From Cyanidioschyzon merolae (Eukaryota): a stretch of DNA of 64,000 nt. The position numbers and the translations under genes are program-made. Of this stretch, positions 63,578 to 64,000 are shown piece by piece (positions within the stretch are counted from its first letter, which is position 1; each line of letters starts with the position of its first letter). A model generated the notes under the pieces. That model made no database searches. It was not told the DNA's origin and was given only the letters and a program-made list of their open reading frames with translations. The stretch lies in the NCBI GenBank assembly GCA_000091205.1, contig AP006498.2. The stretch is one strand, 5' to 3'.

Positions 63578-64000
63578 TCAGCATATGTGCTCCGTGGCGA
63601 GCACACAAAGGATGCCACTGACCAAGCCAGTCATTTGCCAGAGCGTGCGCTGCATATGCTTTCGACGTGGACTCGCGAAAGTTTTCGTTGCTCCCTGATG
63701 AACCGGAGCGAAGAACGGTACAGTTTGTTGCATCTGAGATAGCAGATTCGTTGTGGCGAGGTAGAGGAGTCCACCTGCGGCGAACGGGGCTACTCGCCGT
63801 TGGACAGAAGCGAGCATCATCGGAACAGAAGCATCCAAGGATTCGCCTAGTCGATATCCAAGCATCCAGTATCCACAAAAGACGACCAGTGCACCAGCAA
63901 CAGCACTCAGCGAACATACCAGGTTCAGGTAGAGCGCCCGGAACGGGGTAAAACCTGCCTGTACGAGCACCAGGTAGTCACTGATCTCCTGCGGGAGCTC
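63578..64000 (-). CDS. ZIP (Zrt/Irt-like, SLC39) metal transporter, 3' portion; the gene continues beyond the window edge
   Basis: The reading frame is open to the window end: '...ELPQEISDYLVLVQAGFTPFRALYLNLV' matches the ZIP TM5 signature 'HE(L/I)PHE(L/I)GDFA(I/V)LLQ(S/A)G(F/C)(S/T)'. 'VAPFAAGGLLYLATTNLL' matches the TM8 'IAFAAGTFLYVAL' block. The track 'M' at 63970 is a CTG codon, not a real start. Confidence 0.6.
   Translation of the reverse strand, partial: ELPQEISDYLVLVQAGFTPFRALYLNLVCSLSAVAGALVVFCGYWMLGYRLGESLDASVPMMLASVQRRVAPFAAGGLLYLATTNLLSQMQQTVPFFAPVHQGATKTFASPRRKHMQRTLWQMTGLVSGILCVLATEHIC

Noticed and set aside
1-64000. Prokaryotic or plasmid origin, and a search for operons, sigma-70 promoters or rho-independent terminators
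   Set aside because: The gene content is eukaryote-specific (FG nucleoporin, eIF3f/CSN6, Sec7 ARF-GEF, SET, Myb/TRF, ACBP, organellar targeting peptides). Intergenic spacing and multi-kb single ORFs with low-complexity tracts also indicate a eukaryotic nuclear genome. No tRNA-like T-loop/acceptor arrangements or rRNA blocks were seen.

Overview
This window is GC-rich (~60%) eukaryotic nuclear DNA, not prokaryotic. It carries long, largely uninterrupted genes. The identifiable ones are a pyruvate kinase (-), an MscS-like mechanosensitive channel (+), a sterol 24-C-methyltransferase (-), a bacterial-type (organellar) ribosomal protein uL2 with a presequence and a low-complexity insertion (+), an acyl-CoA-binding protein (-), and two MPN-domain proteins (CSN6-like and eIF3f-like). 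There is also a PH-domain plus GHSLG-lipase protein (-), a divergent cyclophilin, a SET-domain protein, a 1730-aa FG-repeat nucleoporin (Nup214/Nup159-like architecture), a 2386-aa Sec7-domain ARF-GEF, a TRF-like double Myb/SANT protein, and the 3' part of a ZIP metal transporter at the right edge. No rRNA or tRNA genes, and no CRISPR array, were recognisable by eye. The window contains a family of TnpB/Fanzor-like elements, i.e. eukaryotic OMEGA-type RuvC nuclease genes of the RNA-guided class. Two are near-full-length but decayed copies, at 17603-19900(-) and 51015-53195(+). Each carries the RuvC-I motif 'VGADPGNT', a C/H zinc finger and the RuvC-III motif 'RDFDAAINIRR'. Each also keeps a ~145-180 nt conserved non-coding 3' tail, which is a candidate omegaRNA scaffold. 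A third copy is internally deleted (~45790-46310) and lies next to a possible Tc1/mariner transposase relic, ~100 bp upstream of the sterol methyltransferase start codon. Finally, a ~730-bp near-perfect palindrome (54520-55250) is built from two inverted Fanzor 3' ends and sits in the divergent promoter region just upstream of the Sec7 ARF-GEF gene. Other notable structure: a 47-bp x ~10 minisatellite (25663-26130), a 62-bp x ~5 tandem repeat (43596-43925), a 75-bp in-frame tandem duplication across the RuvC-I motif of Fanzor copy B, and several microsatellites. Caveat: the supplied ORF track evidently translates non-ATG starts as M (for example TTG at 54813 and CTG at 63970), so some ORF starts are not real initiators.
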